DNA of 38,395 nucleotides from Flavobacteriaceae bacterium (GCA_016744615.1 JADGEA010000012.1:1-38395), one strand, 5' to 3'; positions 28,085 to 37,156 are shown, numbered from the stretch's first letter. A program made the numbers and translations. The notes: generated from the sequence alone by a model not told the origin.

Positions 28085-30340
28085 GTGAAGAAAATCATTC
28101 TTTTTCTGGTTAAACTTGTGGCGTTAGCCATTTTAATATTAGGGCTTTTTTTTACAGCAGTTTATTATAATATTTTTGGGCACCTTTATACAAAATTAGA
28201 ACTAAAAGATTTTAGAAATGAAACGGCATCTATCGTGATTTCAGATGACGGTACATTAATTGGAAAGTTTTTTGATGAGAACAGAACAAATGTTGAATTT
28301 AAAGATCTACCTAAATACCTAGTAGATGCTTTAATAGCAACGGAAGATGTTCGTTATTATGAGCATGGAGGTGTTGATTCTCGTAGTATGTTTCGTGTTT
28401 TAATTAAATCCATTTTATTGGGGCAAAAAAAATCAGGTGGTGGAAGTACTTTAACCCAGCAACTGGCTAAGAATATGTATGGACGCAAGAGTTATGGACC
28501 TTTGACCATGCCAATCAACAAAATGAAAGAAGTGATCCTTGCCAGCCGTTTAGAAGAGATCTATTCTAAAGATGAAATTCTTACCCTTTATTTAAATACA
28601 GTTCCTTTTGGAGAAAATGTTTTAGGAATCCAGTCAGCTTCAAGGAGATTTTTCAATAAAGATGTGAGAAATTTAAAAGTAGAAGAGGCAGCAGTTTTAA
28701 TCGGACTGTTAAAAGCTAATACTTATTATAATCCAAGGTTATACCCTGAACATGCCTTGTCAAGACGAAACGTAGTGATCGAGCAAATGGAAAAGTATGA
28801 GTACTTGGCCAAACGAACAGCAGATTCTCTTCAATCTCTTACATTAAACCTGGATTATGCTAATTTAGAATCAGAAGGGCCTGCCAATTATTTTTTAGTG
28901 CAGGTAAAGAAAGAAGTTAAAGAATTATTAAAAAGTATAAATAGAGAATTGGATACGGTTTATGATATTCGGAAAAGTGGATTGATCATTGAAACAACAT
29001 TAAATATTGATTTGCAAAATTATGCATTGATGGCATTTCAATCCCACTTGGGAAAAATGCAATTAAGAATGGACCAACAATACAAAAGGGGAGCAAGTAA
29101 ATTAGAACTGGATAAAATAGCAAATGCACAATTAAAAAAGTTAAAAATAAAAAAAGATACAGATATAAGAGAGAAAAGAGAAATGTTCTCTTGGAAAGGG
29201 TTTTATACGGATTCAATTACTTACAGAGATAGCATAAAGAAAGACCTTATTTTGTTACATGCTGGATTGATAGCTGCTGACCCCAATACGGGGGCAATAA
29301 AGACTTGGGTAGGTGGAATTGATCATCGAAAATATCCGTATGATCAAATCTTTGCGCAAAGGCAAACTGCTTCAGCTTTCAAGCCAATATTATATGCCAC
29401 AGCATTTGAAGGAGGAGCAATGCCATGTCAGTATTTAGATAATGATGAGTTAGTTTTAACAGACTATGATAATTGGAATCCTCAAAACTACAATCATTCT
29501 GTAGGCGGTAAATATTCCATTGCTGGAGCTTTAGCAAAATCGATGAATATTCCAACGGTAAATTTATTTTTACAATTGCCTTTCAAAAGTGTGCAAACAA
29601 TGTGGAGCAATTTAGGCTTTTCGCAAACTTTGGAGTATAATCCTTCAACCGCATTAGGAGCAGCAACAGCAAGTTTATACGAAATGGCTTTTGCTTATGC
29701 AAGTTTTGCTAATGGAGGAACTAAGGTGGAAGCACAAATTATATCATCAATTAAAAATTCAAAAGGAGAAGTACTTTACCAAAATGAGTTTCTACATAAA
29801 AAAGAGCAGTTATTGAGTGAGAATAGTGCCATACTTTTAAATGCTATTTTGCAAAAAGCAATTAATGAGGGTACCGGAAGATCCATGAAAAATGTTTATG
29901 GAGTTCAATTACCATTAGCTGGAAAAACAGGAACTTCACAAAATTATGCCGACGCCTGGTTTTTAGCTTACAATCCAAATTTGGTTATGGCTACCAGAGT
30001 TGGGGCATCCATGCCAAGTATTCACTTTAACAATGGAGCAAATGGATCAGGTAGTACTTTAGCCTTACCTTTGATTGCTAAAACACTTCAGAAAGCGCAA
30101 AAGAATAGGAAAATTAAAAATAAATACTTTACAGCTTTCGCTGAATTGCCTGTGGTATATGAACATATACTTGATTGTGATGATTTTATAGAGACAACAG
30201 ATATTGAGAATTTCTTTGGAGAAATTTTCAAAAATAAAAACACTACCTTTGATAAAGCTTCCAAAAAAGCAGCCAGAAAGGCAAAAAGAAAGAATAAGAA
30301 GTCCTTCTTTAAAAGGATTTTTGGTAAGAAAGAGGATTAA
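28085..30340 (+). CDS. mrcA: class A penicillin-binding protein (bifunctional glycosyltransferase GT51 / transpeptidase, PBP1A-like)
   Basis: 751 aa with an N-terminal TM anchor. GT51 motif EDVRYYEHGGVD. Transpeptidase motifs SxxK (ASAFKP), SxN (SMN) and KTG (KTGTS). Very basic Lys/Arg-rich C-terminal tail. Confidence 0.85.
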   Translation: MKKIILFLVKLVALAILILGLFFTAVYYNIFGHLYTKLELKDFRNETASIVISDDGTLIGKFFDENRTNVEFKDLPKYLVDALIATEDVRYYEHGGVDSRSMFRVLIKSILLGQKKSGGGSTLTQQLAKNMYGRKSYGPLTMPINKMKEVILASRLEEIYSKDEILTLYLNTVPFGENVLGIQSASRRFFNKDVRNLKVEEAAVLIGLLKANTYYNPRLYPEHALSRRNVVIEQMEKYEYLAKRTADSLQSLTLNLDYANLESEGPANYFLVQVKKEVKELLKSINRELDTVYDIRKSGLIIETTLNIDLQNYALMAFQSHLGKMQLRMDQQYKRGASKLELDKIANAQLKKLKIKKDTDIREKREMFSWKGFYTDSITYRDSIKKDLILLHAGLIAADPNTGAIKTWVGGIDHRKYPYDQIFAQRQTASAFKPILYATAFEGGAMPCQYLDNDELVLTDYDNWNPQNYNHSVGGKYSIAGALAKSMNIPTVNLFLQLPFKSVQTMWSNLGFSQTLEYNPSTALGAATASLYEMAFAYASFANGGTKVEAQIISSIKNSKGEVLYQNEFLHKKEQLLSENSAILLNAILQKAINEGTGRSMKNVYGVQLPLAGKTGTSQNYADAWFLAYNPNLVMATRVGASMPSIHFNNGANGSGSTLALPLIAKTLQKAQKNRKIKNKYFTAFAELPVVYEHILDCDDFIETTDIENFFGEIFKNKNTTFDKASKKAARKAKRKNKKSFFKRIFGKKED

Positions 30341-30353
30341 GTGTTTGTGAATT

Positions 30354-31229
30354 ATGTTTCGTATTTTATTTTTAAGTGTACTGATTTCCATCTTTTCAAA
30401 TTGTCAGTCTGATGATTTGGATACAAGTTCCTCTGTAACAAAATCCATCAAAACAATAAATATTACTTCACTTGATAATGCTGTTAGTGAAACTTCAGGA
30501 ATAATAAATTTTGATGGTAGAATCATTACTCATAATGACAGTGGGGGAGAGCATGCCTTATATGAAATTGATATTTCAAATGGAAGTATTAAAAGAACTG
30601 TTATTATAAAAAATGCCCAAAATAAGGATTGGGAAGATATTTGTCAGGATGATAATTTCATCTATATATGCGATATTGGCAATAATTCTAATAACCGAAA
30701 AGATCAAACTATATATAAAATTAGTAAAACTGATTATTTGAAGAACAAAGAAGTAATTGCTGAAAAAATTAAGATTAGTTATTTAGAGCAAACCAAGTTC
30801 ACGAAATCAAATAAAGAAACAAATTTTGATGCGGAAGCTGTTGTTAGTGTAGGAAATAATTTGTTTTTGTTTACTAAAAATTGGGGAGATCTTAAAACTT
30901 CTGTATATAAAATTCCGAAAGAAAAAGGAGTTTATAAACTCAAAACAATTGAATCATATGATATAAATGGTTTAGTAACAGGAGCAGCTTATAACAAAAG
31001 TAAAAAAACTATAATGTTAACAGGTTATAGTAGTTTTATTCCATTTGTAGTGAAAATAACCAATTTTTATGAAGAAAATCCATTGAGTGGTAAAATAGAA
31101 AAAAACAGAATAAATGTCAATGGTTCTGTCCAAATTGAAGGTATTGCTGCAAATCCCGACGGATCTTTCTACTTGAGTGCAGAAGAAATGACCGGATTCA
31201 CAGCAATGTTATATAAATTGTCTTATTGA
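30354..31229 (+). CDS. hypothetical lipoprotein (possible SdiA-regulated/phytase-like beta-propeller fold)
   Basis: 291 aa with a lipoprotein signal (IFSNCQSDD). Repeated beta-strand-rich blocks (ETSGII.., DWEDICQDDNFIYICDIGNN, GIAANPDGSFYLSAEE) suggest a propeller. The family assignment is weak. Confidence 0.45.
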   Translation: MFRILFLSVLISIFSNCQSDDLDTSSSVTKSIKTINITSLDNAVSETSGIINFDGRIITHNDSGGEHALYEIDISNGSIKRTVIIKNAQNKDWEDICQDDNFIYICDIGNNSNNRKDQTIYKISKTDYLKNKEVIAEKIKISYLEQTKFTKSNKETNFDAEAVVSVGNNLFLFTKNWGDLKTSVYKIPKEKGVYKLKTIESYDINGLVTGAAYNKSKKTIMLTGYSSFIPFVVKITNFYEENPLSGKIEKNRINVNGSVQIEGIAANPDGSFYLSAEEMTGFTAMLYKLSY

Positions 31230-31487
31230 TCAAGCTTCATTTGACATGTTTGCAAAAACAGCCAGACCTCCAAAGAAGAAAATAAAAATTACAAAAATTA
31301 TCAAGACGATCAACATGAGTAGCAAGTTACCCTTAGCCCAATTTTTTTTATGAATATTGGTTTCCTCACTAAATGCCCAAACCAGTAACATAATAATTCC
31401 TACAACCGGTATACCTGTAATAAAAATAGTTAGAGCCCATTCTTTATAATTCAATATCCGAGAGTTTTGTGTTAAAAGATTTTCCAT
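31230..31487 (-). CDS. small membrane protein (2 TM), hypothetical
   Basis: 85 aa with two strongly hydrophobic helices. Its 5' end overlaps the 3' end of the upstream EEP gene by 44 nt on the same strand. Short ORFs in AT-rich DNA are uncertain. Confidence 0.3.
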   Translation of the reverse strand: MENLLTQNSRILNYKEWALTIFITGIPVVGIIMLLVWAFSEETNIHKKNWAKGNLLLMLIVLIIFVIFIFFFGGLAVFANMSNEA

Positions 31488-32493
31488 TTTTTTGTTTAAA
31501 TTTAAATTTCATTAATAAAGGTAAATGGTCAGATGCCTGTTTAAAATCATTGAGCACTCCGCCATCTATGAAAGCAATATATTTTTTGTTATAAAAGATA
31601 TAGTCTAGTCTTTCGGTAGGATTTCCTGAAATAAAAGTTTTCGGATAATTGTTTTTATCAAATACTGCATTTCCAATTTCAGGCACATTTAGCAAGAGGT
31701 TTATAGTTGCATTTTCAAATTTAATATCACTATTAAAATCTCCTAATAAAATTGTGGGATACATATTTTTATACCTATTGTAGATTTTAATTACTTTTTT
31801 TGTTTGTTTTAATCTTGTGTTCTGATTATATGCTTCTAAGTGCACATTGATCAATACTAAGACTTTATCCTTGACATTGATTTTTACTACTTGTGCTAAT
31901 CTGTCAATATAAAATGCATCATAATAAAAAGGATTTGATTTGTCACGTTCCAGTTCAAATCTATCTTGATTTGTGATCTTATATTTACTTAGAATAGATT
32001 GACCGGAAAGAATTCTTCCAAAATGAGAAGAGATTGGGAATTCAGGATAGGGTATGTGTTTTTTATCCCAGTTGATCGCCTGCCCTATATGATTATACCC
32101 TAGTTTTGCAATCTCATTTTGCTGATTGACATAGAAAGATCTTTTAGAAGCATAATCAATTTCCTGAAAGGCCAAAATATCAGCATCAATTATTTTGAAT
32201 TGATTTAAAACCAGTTGTAAATTTTCATCAAAAAATGATTTTTGATTTTTAGTGGAAGTATTATTTGTAAGTCCACTTAAATAACCGATATTATAGGTAA
32301 CAATACTAAATACAGAATCGTTTTTAGTTTTTTTTGAATTATTATTGTGGTAAATCTTGGAGTATTCTTTAATATTATAATTTGGTGAAGAGGCCCATAA
32401 ATAGAATCCAAAAGTGACAAATATAAAAAACAGAATGACCATAGATAGCCATCTAAATAAATTATTCATTATTGAGGGGATTAACGAAAACAC
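31444..32493 (-). CDS. endonuclease/exonuclease/phosphatase (EEP) family membrane-anchored phosphoesterase
   Basis: 349 aa with an N-terminal TM segment. EEP motifs ILAFQEIDY (Mg-binding Glu), LLGDFNS and C-terminal SDHLPL (catalytic His). Confidence 0.8.
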   Translation of the reverse strand: MFSLIPSIMNNLFRWLSMVILFFIFVTFGFYLWASSPNYNIKEYSKIYHNNNSKKTKNDSVFSIVTYNIGYLSGLTNNTSTKNQKSFFDENLQLVLNQFKIIDADILAFQEIDYASKRSFYVNQQNEIAKLGYNHIGQAINWDKKHIPYPEFPISSHFGRILSGQSILSKYKITNQDRFELERDKSNPFYYDAFYIDRLAQVVKINVKDKVLVLINVHLEAYNQNTRLKQTKKVIKIYNRYKNMYPTILLGDFNSDIKFENATINLLLNVPEIGNAVFDKNNYPKTFISGNPTERLDYIFYNKKYIAFIDGGVLNDFKQASDHLPLLMKFKFKQKNGKSFNTKLSDIEL

Positions 32494-32565
32494 AAAAGTA
32501 TTAAAAAAGAAGCAATGGTCAAATATATATATAGAAATAAATTTTTTTTAAGGTTATTTAATATA

Positions 32566-32573
32566 TATATTTG
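32566..32573 (+). promoter_or_regulatory. putative Bacteroidetes -7 promoter element (TAnnTTTG) for rpsU
   Basis: tatatttg matches the Bacteroidetes sigma-A -7 consensus TAnnTTTG. It lies ~60 nt upstream of the rpsU ATG. No exact -33 TTTG is present. Confidence 0.3.
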
Positions 32574-32616
32574 CAGCCCAAAAAAACAGAATTTAAACTT
32601 TAAAAATAGATTTGTG

Positions 32617-32626
32617 AAAGGAGGTG
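32617..32626 (+). promoter_or_regulatory. strong Shine-Dalgarno (AAAGGAGGTG) upstream of rpsU
   Basis: aaaggaggtg lies 8-9 nt upstream of the rpsU ATG. The other genes in this window essentially lack SD sequences. Confidence 0.6.
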
Positions 32627-32633
32627 CCAAACT

Positions 32634-32831
32634 ATGTTGATAATCCCAGTTAAAGATGGTGAGAATATAGATAGAGCGTTAAAACGTTTTAAAAGAAAAT
32701 TTGATCGAACTAAAACAATGAGAACTTTGCGTGAACGTAAACAGTTTACTAAACCTTCAGTTGTGAAAAGAAAGCAAATACAAAAAGCGCAATATGTGCA
32801 AGCAATGAGAACGGCTGAAGAAAAAGGTTAG
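32634..32831 (+). CDS. rpsU: 30S ribosomal protein bS21
   Basis: 65 aa. MLIIPVKDGENIDRALKRFKRKFDRTKTMRTLRERKQFTKPS.. is a typical bS21 sequence. Confidence 0.9.
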   Translation: MLIIPVKDGENIDRALKRFKRKFDRTKTMRTLRERKQFTKPSVVKRKQIQKAQYVQAMRTAEEKG

Positions 32832-32860
32832 TCTTAGTAAAAGATAAAATTATTTCATTA

Positions 32861-32890
32861 AAAATTCCTGCATTTGCAGGAATTTTTTTT
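32861..32890 (+). terminator. intrinsic terminator after rpsU
   Basis: Stem aaaattcctgc / gcaggaatttt with loop attt, followed by a T8 run. Confidence 0.65.
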
Positions 32891-32997
32891 GTTAAAATTC
32901 GTTATGGTTTTATTAAATTTTGTAACTTTGAGTGTAGTAGGAAAAGATAAATAGACTTAGCAAAAGTATTTATTAATTTGAAAATTGAAGAAAAATT

Positions 32998-33888
32998 TTG
33001 AGTATACCTCATTTTATAGAATATTTAAATTACGAAAAAAATTATTCACCATATACAATAACAGCTTACAAAAATGATTTAGAATCCTTTCAGGTTTTTT
33101 GTAAAAATGAATTTGATGAGGGAGATATTTCTAAGTTACCTTATACCATAATAAGAAGTTGGATTGTTAATTTGGTAGATGATGGAATTGCTAATCGATC
33201 CATCAACAGAAAGGTGAGTTCCTTAAAATCATACTTCAAATATTTAGTAAAGACCAAACAGATCTCACAAAATCCTTTACTTAAACATAGATCTTTAAAG
33301 ATATCCAAAAAAGTAAATATTCCATTTTCACAAGCTGAGGTTGCAGATGTTCTTGAGTTGTTTGAAGATGCTGATAAATTTGAAGCAGTTAGAGATAAAT
33401 TGATCATTGAATTGATGTATACTACCGGCATGCGAAGATCAGAATTGATAGGTGTAAAGATAGGAGATATTGATCTGTCACAAAATACTGTTAAAGTAAT
33501 TGGAAAAAGAAATAAAGAAAGGCAAATTCCGTTATTGAATTCTGTAGTCACTACGATTAAAAATTACCTAATATTAAGGAATGAAATTAAAACAAGCGTT
33601 GATTATTTTTTAATTACCAAAAAAGGTAAGAAAATGTATCCAACACTTGTATATAGATTAATAAATGAGTATTTTAGTAAAGTATCTCTGAAAATCAAAA
33701 AAAGTCCACATGTAATAAGACATTCATTTGCAACACACTTGTTAAATGAAGGAGCTGACCTCAATTCGGTAAAAGAATTACTTGGTCATGCAAGTTTAGC
33801 ATCCACACAAGTGTACACGCATAACAATTTAAAAGGATTAAAAAAGATGTATAACCATGCTCATCCTAGGGGCAATAAAAATTATTAA
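32998..33888 (+). CDS. xerC: tyrosine site-specific recombinase XerC/XerD family
   Basis: 296 aa. Core-binding N-terminal domain (FIEYLNYEKNYSPYTITAYKNDL). The catalytic domain carries R..HxxR (VIRHSFATHLL) and GHASLASTQVYTH, with the Tyr nucleophile. The first in-frame start after the upstream stop is TTG at 32998. Confidence 0.85.
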   Translation: MSIPHFIEYLNYEKNYSPYTITAYKNDLESFQVFCKNEFDEGDISKLPYTIIRSWIVNLVDDGIANRSINRKVSSLKSYFKYLVKTKQISQNPLLKHRSLKISKKVNIPFSQAEVADVLELFEDADKFEAVRDKLIIELMYTTGMRRSELIGVKIGDIDLSQNTVKVIGKRNKERQIPLLNSVVTTIKNYLILRNEIKTSVDYFLITKKGKKMYPTLVYRLINEYFSKVSLKIKKSPHVIRHSFATHLLNEGADLNSVKELLGHASLASTQVYTHNNLKGLKKMYNHAHPRGNKNY

Positions 33889-33891
33889 CAT

Positions 33892-34188
33892 ATGAAAGTA
33901 TCTGTGCAATCTGTAAATTTTAATATTGATAATGATTTAATGAAATTCATTGAAAGGAAAGTTAATACGCTTGAAAAATTTCATGATCACTTATTGGGAG
34001 CTGAAGTATTTCTTAAAGTTCAAAAATCTAGTGAAAAAGAGAATAAAGTTACTGAAATAAGAATCAATGTGCCAGGTAATGATATTGTCGTAAAAAAACA
34101 GAGTAAAAAGTTTGAAGAAGGAGTTAGTATGTCAGTTGATTCGGTAAAACGACAATTGGTAAAACGAAAGGAAAAGTTAAGGGCATAA
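33892..34188 (+). CDS. hpf: ribosome hibernation promoting factor (HPF/RaiA, short form)
   Basis: 98 aa. MKVSVQSVNFNIDNDLMKFIERKVNTLEKFHD.. is typical HPF/YfiA. Sits in the conserved rpsU-xerC-hpf context. Confidence 0.85.
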   Translation: MKVSVQSVNFNIDNDLMKFIERKVNTLEKFHDHLLGAEVFLKVQKSSEKENKVTEIRINVPGNDIVVKKQSKKFEEGVSMSVDSVKRQLVKRKEKLRA

Positions 34189-34246
34189 AAACAAGAAAAA
34201 ATATTTAAAAAAAGTTTTGTATAACAAATAAAACTTTATACATTTG

Positions 34247-34277
34247 CAAACCGTTAGAAATAGCGGTTTGTTTTTTT
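34247..34277 (+). terminator. intrinsic terminator after hpf (GNRA-loop hairpin plus T7)
   Basis: caaaccgtta-gaaa-tagcggtttg followed by ttttttt. Confidence 0.65.
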
Positions 34278-34331
34278 ATGTAAATGTCCAAACAAAATTA
34301 TAATTTTAATTGGATGTTTTTTAGTAAAAAA

Positions 34332-34405
34332 GCCGATGTAGCTCAGCTGGCTAGAGCAGCTGATTTGTAATCAGCAGGTCGTGGGTTCGAGTCCCTCCAT
34401 CGGCT
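34332..34405 (+). tRNA. tRNA-Thr (anticodon UGU)
   Basis: Cloverleaf with acceptor GCCGATG/CATCGGC and anticodon loop TTTGTAA. CCA is not encoded. One T·T mismatch in the T-stem (GTGGG/CCCTC). Confidence 0.85.
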
Positions 34406-34437
34406 CAGTTCTTTGAAACAATTTTATAAATATTGAC

Positions 34438-34518
34438 GGGGAGATACTCAAGCGGCCAACGAGGACAGACTGTAACTCTGTTGGGAAACCTTCGCAGGTT
34501 CGAATCCTGCTCTCCCCA
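34438..34518 (+). tRNA. tRNA-Tyr (anticodon GUA)
   Basis: Acceptor GGGGAGA/TCTCCCC, anticodon loop CTGTAAC, and a long variable arm typical of tRNA-Tyr. Confidence 0.85.
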
Positions 34519-34552
34519 CAAAATATTTAGAAAAATGAACAAATAATTAAAA

Positions 34553-34625
34553 GCGGGAGTAGCTCAGTTGGTAGAGCTTCAGCCTTCCAAGCTGATTGTC
34601 GCCGGTTCGAGCCCGGTCTCCCGCT
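34553..34625 (+). tRNA. tRNA-Gly (anticodon UCC)
   Basis: Acceptor GCGGGAG/CTCCCGC and anticodon loop CTTCCAA. Confidence 0.85.
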
Positions 34626-34760
34626 CATTTTTTGCAACATAATATAAGACGTAACATGATAGAAAGATGAAGTTGTAAAAGTAAAACCTATCTCAGGTGA
34701 TTTTGTACATGCGTACAAAAATAATAGATGAGGAGTCCGGTTTGATCCAATAAAACAAAA

Positions 34761-34832
34761 GCCGGTGTAGCTCAGGGGTAGAGCGTTTCCTTGGTAAGGA
34801 AGAGGTCACGGGTTCAAATCCCGTCATTGGCT
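34761..34832 (+). tRNA. tRNA-Thr (anticodon GGU)
   Basis: Acceptor GCCGGTG/CATTGGC (two G·U pairs) and anticodon loop TTGGTAA. Confidence 0.85.
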
Positions 34833-34903
34833 CATTAAACTAGCTTCAAATAAAAACGAATTTAAACACAAATATATATAACTAAGATTAAAATTTAACA
34901 ATC

Positions 34904-36091
34904 ATGGCAAAAGAACATTTTGACCGATCCAAACCACACTTAAACATTGGTACAATTGGTCACGTAGATCACGGTAAAACAACTTTAACTGCTGCCATTA
35001 CAAAAGTGTTAGCAGAAAAAGGTCTTTCTGAAGTAGTTAATTTCGATCAAATCGATAATGCTCCAGAAGAAAAAGAAAGAGGTATAACAATTAATACTGC
35101 GCATGTTGAATATTCAACAGCAAATCGTCATTACGCTCACGTTGACTGTCCAGGTCACGCGGATTACGTAAAGAACATGGTAACTGGTGCTGCTCAAATG
35201 GACGGTGCTATTTTAGTTGTTGCTGCAACTGATGGACCAATGCCACAAACTCGTGAACATATCTTATTAGGTCGCCAGGTAGGTATTCCTAGAATGGTTG
35301 TTTACATGAATAAAGTTGACTTGGTTGATGATGAGGAATTGTTAGAATTGGTTGATATGGAAATTAGAGAATTATTATCATTTTATGAATATGATGGTGA
35401 TAATGGACCTGTAGTTCAAGGTTCTGCATTAGCAGCTTTAAACGGTGAAGAAAGTGGTGTAAATTCAATTATGGAATTGATGGAGGCTGTTGATACATGG
35501 ATTGAATTGCCAAAGAGAGATATTGATAAAGATTTCTTAATGCCTGTTGAAGATGTATTCTCCATTACAGGTCGTGGTACTGTTGCTACTGGTCGTATTG
35601 AAATGGGTGTTGCAAATACAGGAGATTCTGTTGATATTATCGGTATGGGAGCTGAAAAATTAACTTCTACAATAACAGGAGTTGAGATGTTTCGTAAAAT
35701 ATTAGATAGAGGTGAAGCTGGTGATAATGTAGGTATTTTATTAAGAGGTATTGATAAAAATGAAATCAGTAGAGGTATGGTAATCTGTAAGCCAGGTTCA
35801 ATTAAACCACATGCTAAATTCAAAGCTGAAGTTTATATCTTGAAAAAAGAAGAAGGGGGTCGTCATACTCCATTCCATAAAAATTACCGTCCACAGTTCT
35901 ATGTAAGAACAACCGACGTAACAGGTACAATTAACTTACCTGATGGAGTAGAAATGGTAATGCCAGGTGATAACTTAACAATTACTGTTGATTTATTACA
36001 ACCAATTGCATTAAACTTAGGTTTGCGTTTTGCAATCCGTGAAGGAGGGAGAACAGTAGGTGCAGGTCAGGTAACTGAAATTCTTGACTAA
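34904..36091 (+). CDS. tuf: translation elongation factor Tu
   Basis: 395 aa. GHVDHGKTT (G1), DCPGHADY (G3), NKVD (G4) and a canonical EF-Tu C-terminus. Confidence 0.97.
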   Translation: MAKEHFDRSKPHLNIGTIGHVDHGKTTLTAAITKVLAEKGLSEVVNFDQIDNAPEEKERGITINTAHVEYSTANRHYAHVDCPGHADYVKNMVTGAAQMDGAILVVAATDGPMPQTREHILLGRQVGIPRMVVYMNKVDLVDDEELLELVDMEIRELLSFYEYDGDNGPVVQGSALAALNGEESGVNSIMELMEAVDTWIELPKRDIDKDFLMPVEDVFSITGRGTVATGRIEMGVANTGDSVDIIGMGAEKLTSTITGVEMFRKILDRGEAGDNVGILLRGIDKNEISRGMVICKPGSIKPHAKFKAEVYILKKEEGGRHTPFHKNYRPQFYVRTTDVTGTINLPDGVEMVMPGDNLTITVDLLQPIALNLGLRFAIREGGRTVGAGQVTEILD

Positions 36092-36125
36092 ATTAGTTTA
36101 GTTGATTAAAATAATTTGAATAGCG

Positions 36126-36160
36126 GGTGCCTCTTATAAAAGAGGCACCTTATATTCGTT
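36126..36160 (+). terminator. intrinsic terminator after tuf
   Basis: GC-rich 10-bp stem ggtgcctctt/aagaggcacc with loop ataa, followed by a T-rich tract. Confidence 0.6.
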
Positions 36161-36243
36161 TAAGTGGAACGTTTTTTAAAACAAAACCAAACTTAAAATT
36201 TAGCAGTAAAATTCTACTATTAAAAGTAGATAGACTGTTTAAT

Positions 36244-36316
36244 ACGGGTGTAGCTCAGTTGGTAGAGCACTGGTCTCCAAAACCAGGTGTCGGGAGTTCG
36301 AGCCTCTCCACCCGTG
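36244..36316 (+). tRNA. tRNA-Trp (anticodon CCA)
   Basis: Acceptor ACGGGTG/CACCCGT and anticodon loop CTCCAAA. Conserved position between tuf and secE. Confidence 0.85.
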
Positions 36317-36333
36317 CGTAAAAATAGATTGAA

Positions 36334-36525
36334 ATGGGTTTAGTAAATTATATCAAAGAGTCTTTTGACGAATTAAAAAATAACGTGACCTGGGAGAATA
36401 GAGAACAAGCACAAAAAGATACGGTGCTTGTTGCTGTCTTTACTATAATTTTTGCTTTGGCAGTATTTGTAGTAGATAAATTTTTCCAATCAGGATTAGA
36501 GCAATTTTTTAACATTTTTAATTAA
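36334..36525 (+). CDS. secE: preprotein translocase subunit SecE
   Basis: 63 aa with a single C-terminal TM segment. Conserved position upstream of nusG. Confidence 0.85.
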   Translation: MGLVNYIKESFDELKNNVTWENREQAQKDTVLVAVFTIIFALAVFVVDKFFQSGLEQFFNIFN

Positions 36526-36534
36526 TATATAATT

Positions 36535-37089
36535 ATGTCTGATTCTTCTGTAATGAAATGGTATGCTGTTAGAGCTATCGGTGGTCAAGAAAATAAGGTG
36601 AAGACCTATATTGAAAATGAAATTGCAAGATTAGGATTATCAGATTTTGTAAATCAAGTCCTAGTTCCTACCGAAAAAGTTATTCAAATTCGCAAAGGGA
36701 AAAAGTATCACAAGGAAAAAGTATATTTTCCTGGGTATATTATGGTAGAAGCAAATTTGAGTGGTGAGGTACCGCACGTTATTAAATCTGTAACGGGTGT
36801 TATTGGTTTTTTAGGTGAGACCAAAGGTGGTGATCCTGTGCCATTAAGGAAAGCAGAAGTGAACAGAATGTTAGGTACAGTAGATGAATTGGCCTTACAA
36901 AATGAAAATGTTGCTATACCTTTTATCAAAGGAGAAACAGTGAAAGTTATCGATGGTCCGTTTAATGGATTTGATGGTACAATTGAAAAAATAAATGAAG
37001 AAAAACGTAAACTTGAAGTTATGGTGAAGATCTTTGGACGTAAAACTCCATTAGAATTAAACTATATGCAAGTAGAGAAAATCTCATAA
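36535..37089 (+). CDS. nusG: transcription termination/antitermination factor NusG
   Basis: 184 aa. NGN domain (WYAVRAIGGQENKV) and a C-terminal KOW domain (GETVKVIDGPFNGFDGTIEKI). Confidence 0.9.
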   Translation: MSDSSVMKWYAVRAIGGQENKVKTYIENEIARLGLSDFVNQVLVPTEKVIQIRKGKKYHKEKVYFPGYIMVEANLSGEVPHVIKSVTGVIGFLGETKGGDPVPLRKAEVNRMLGTVDELALQNENVAIPFIKGETVKVIDGPFNGFDGTIEKINEEKRKLEVMVKIFGRKTPLELNYMQVEKIS

Positions 37090-37156
37090 ATGTTACGAGA
37101 ATTTGGTTAATACATTAGCTTCCAATTAATGTGTTTTCTTAATTAAAGATTTAAAA

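Noticed and set aside
14812-30391. Other embedded small ORFs (14812..15021, 16790..17026, 17742..17954, 20483..20689, 22785..23006, 24155..24388, 25281..25469, 26062..26244, 26801..27019, 27369..27652, 28986..29216, 30065..30391)
   Set aside because: All overlap confidently assigned genes on the opposite strand or in another frame. They are typical spurious ORFs for an AT-rich genome.
34527-34718. 63-aa minus-strand ORF
   Set aside because: It lies antisense across tRNA-Gly and the tRNA spacer and has no independent coding signal. It is an artefact of ORF calling over a structured RNA region.
36127-36321. 64-aa plus-strand ORF between tuf and secE
   Set aside because: It spans the tuf terminator and the whole of tRNA-Trp. 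The tRNA cloverleaf explains the sequence.
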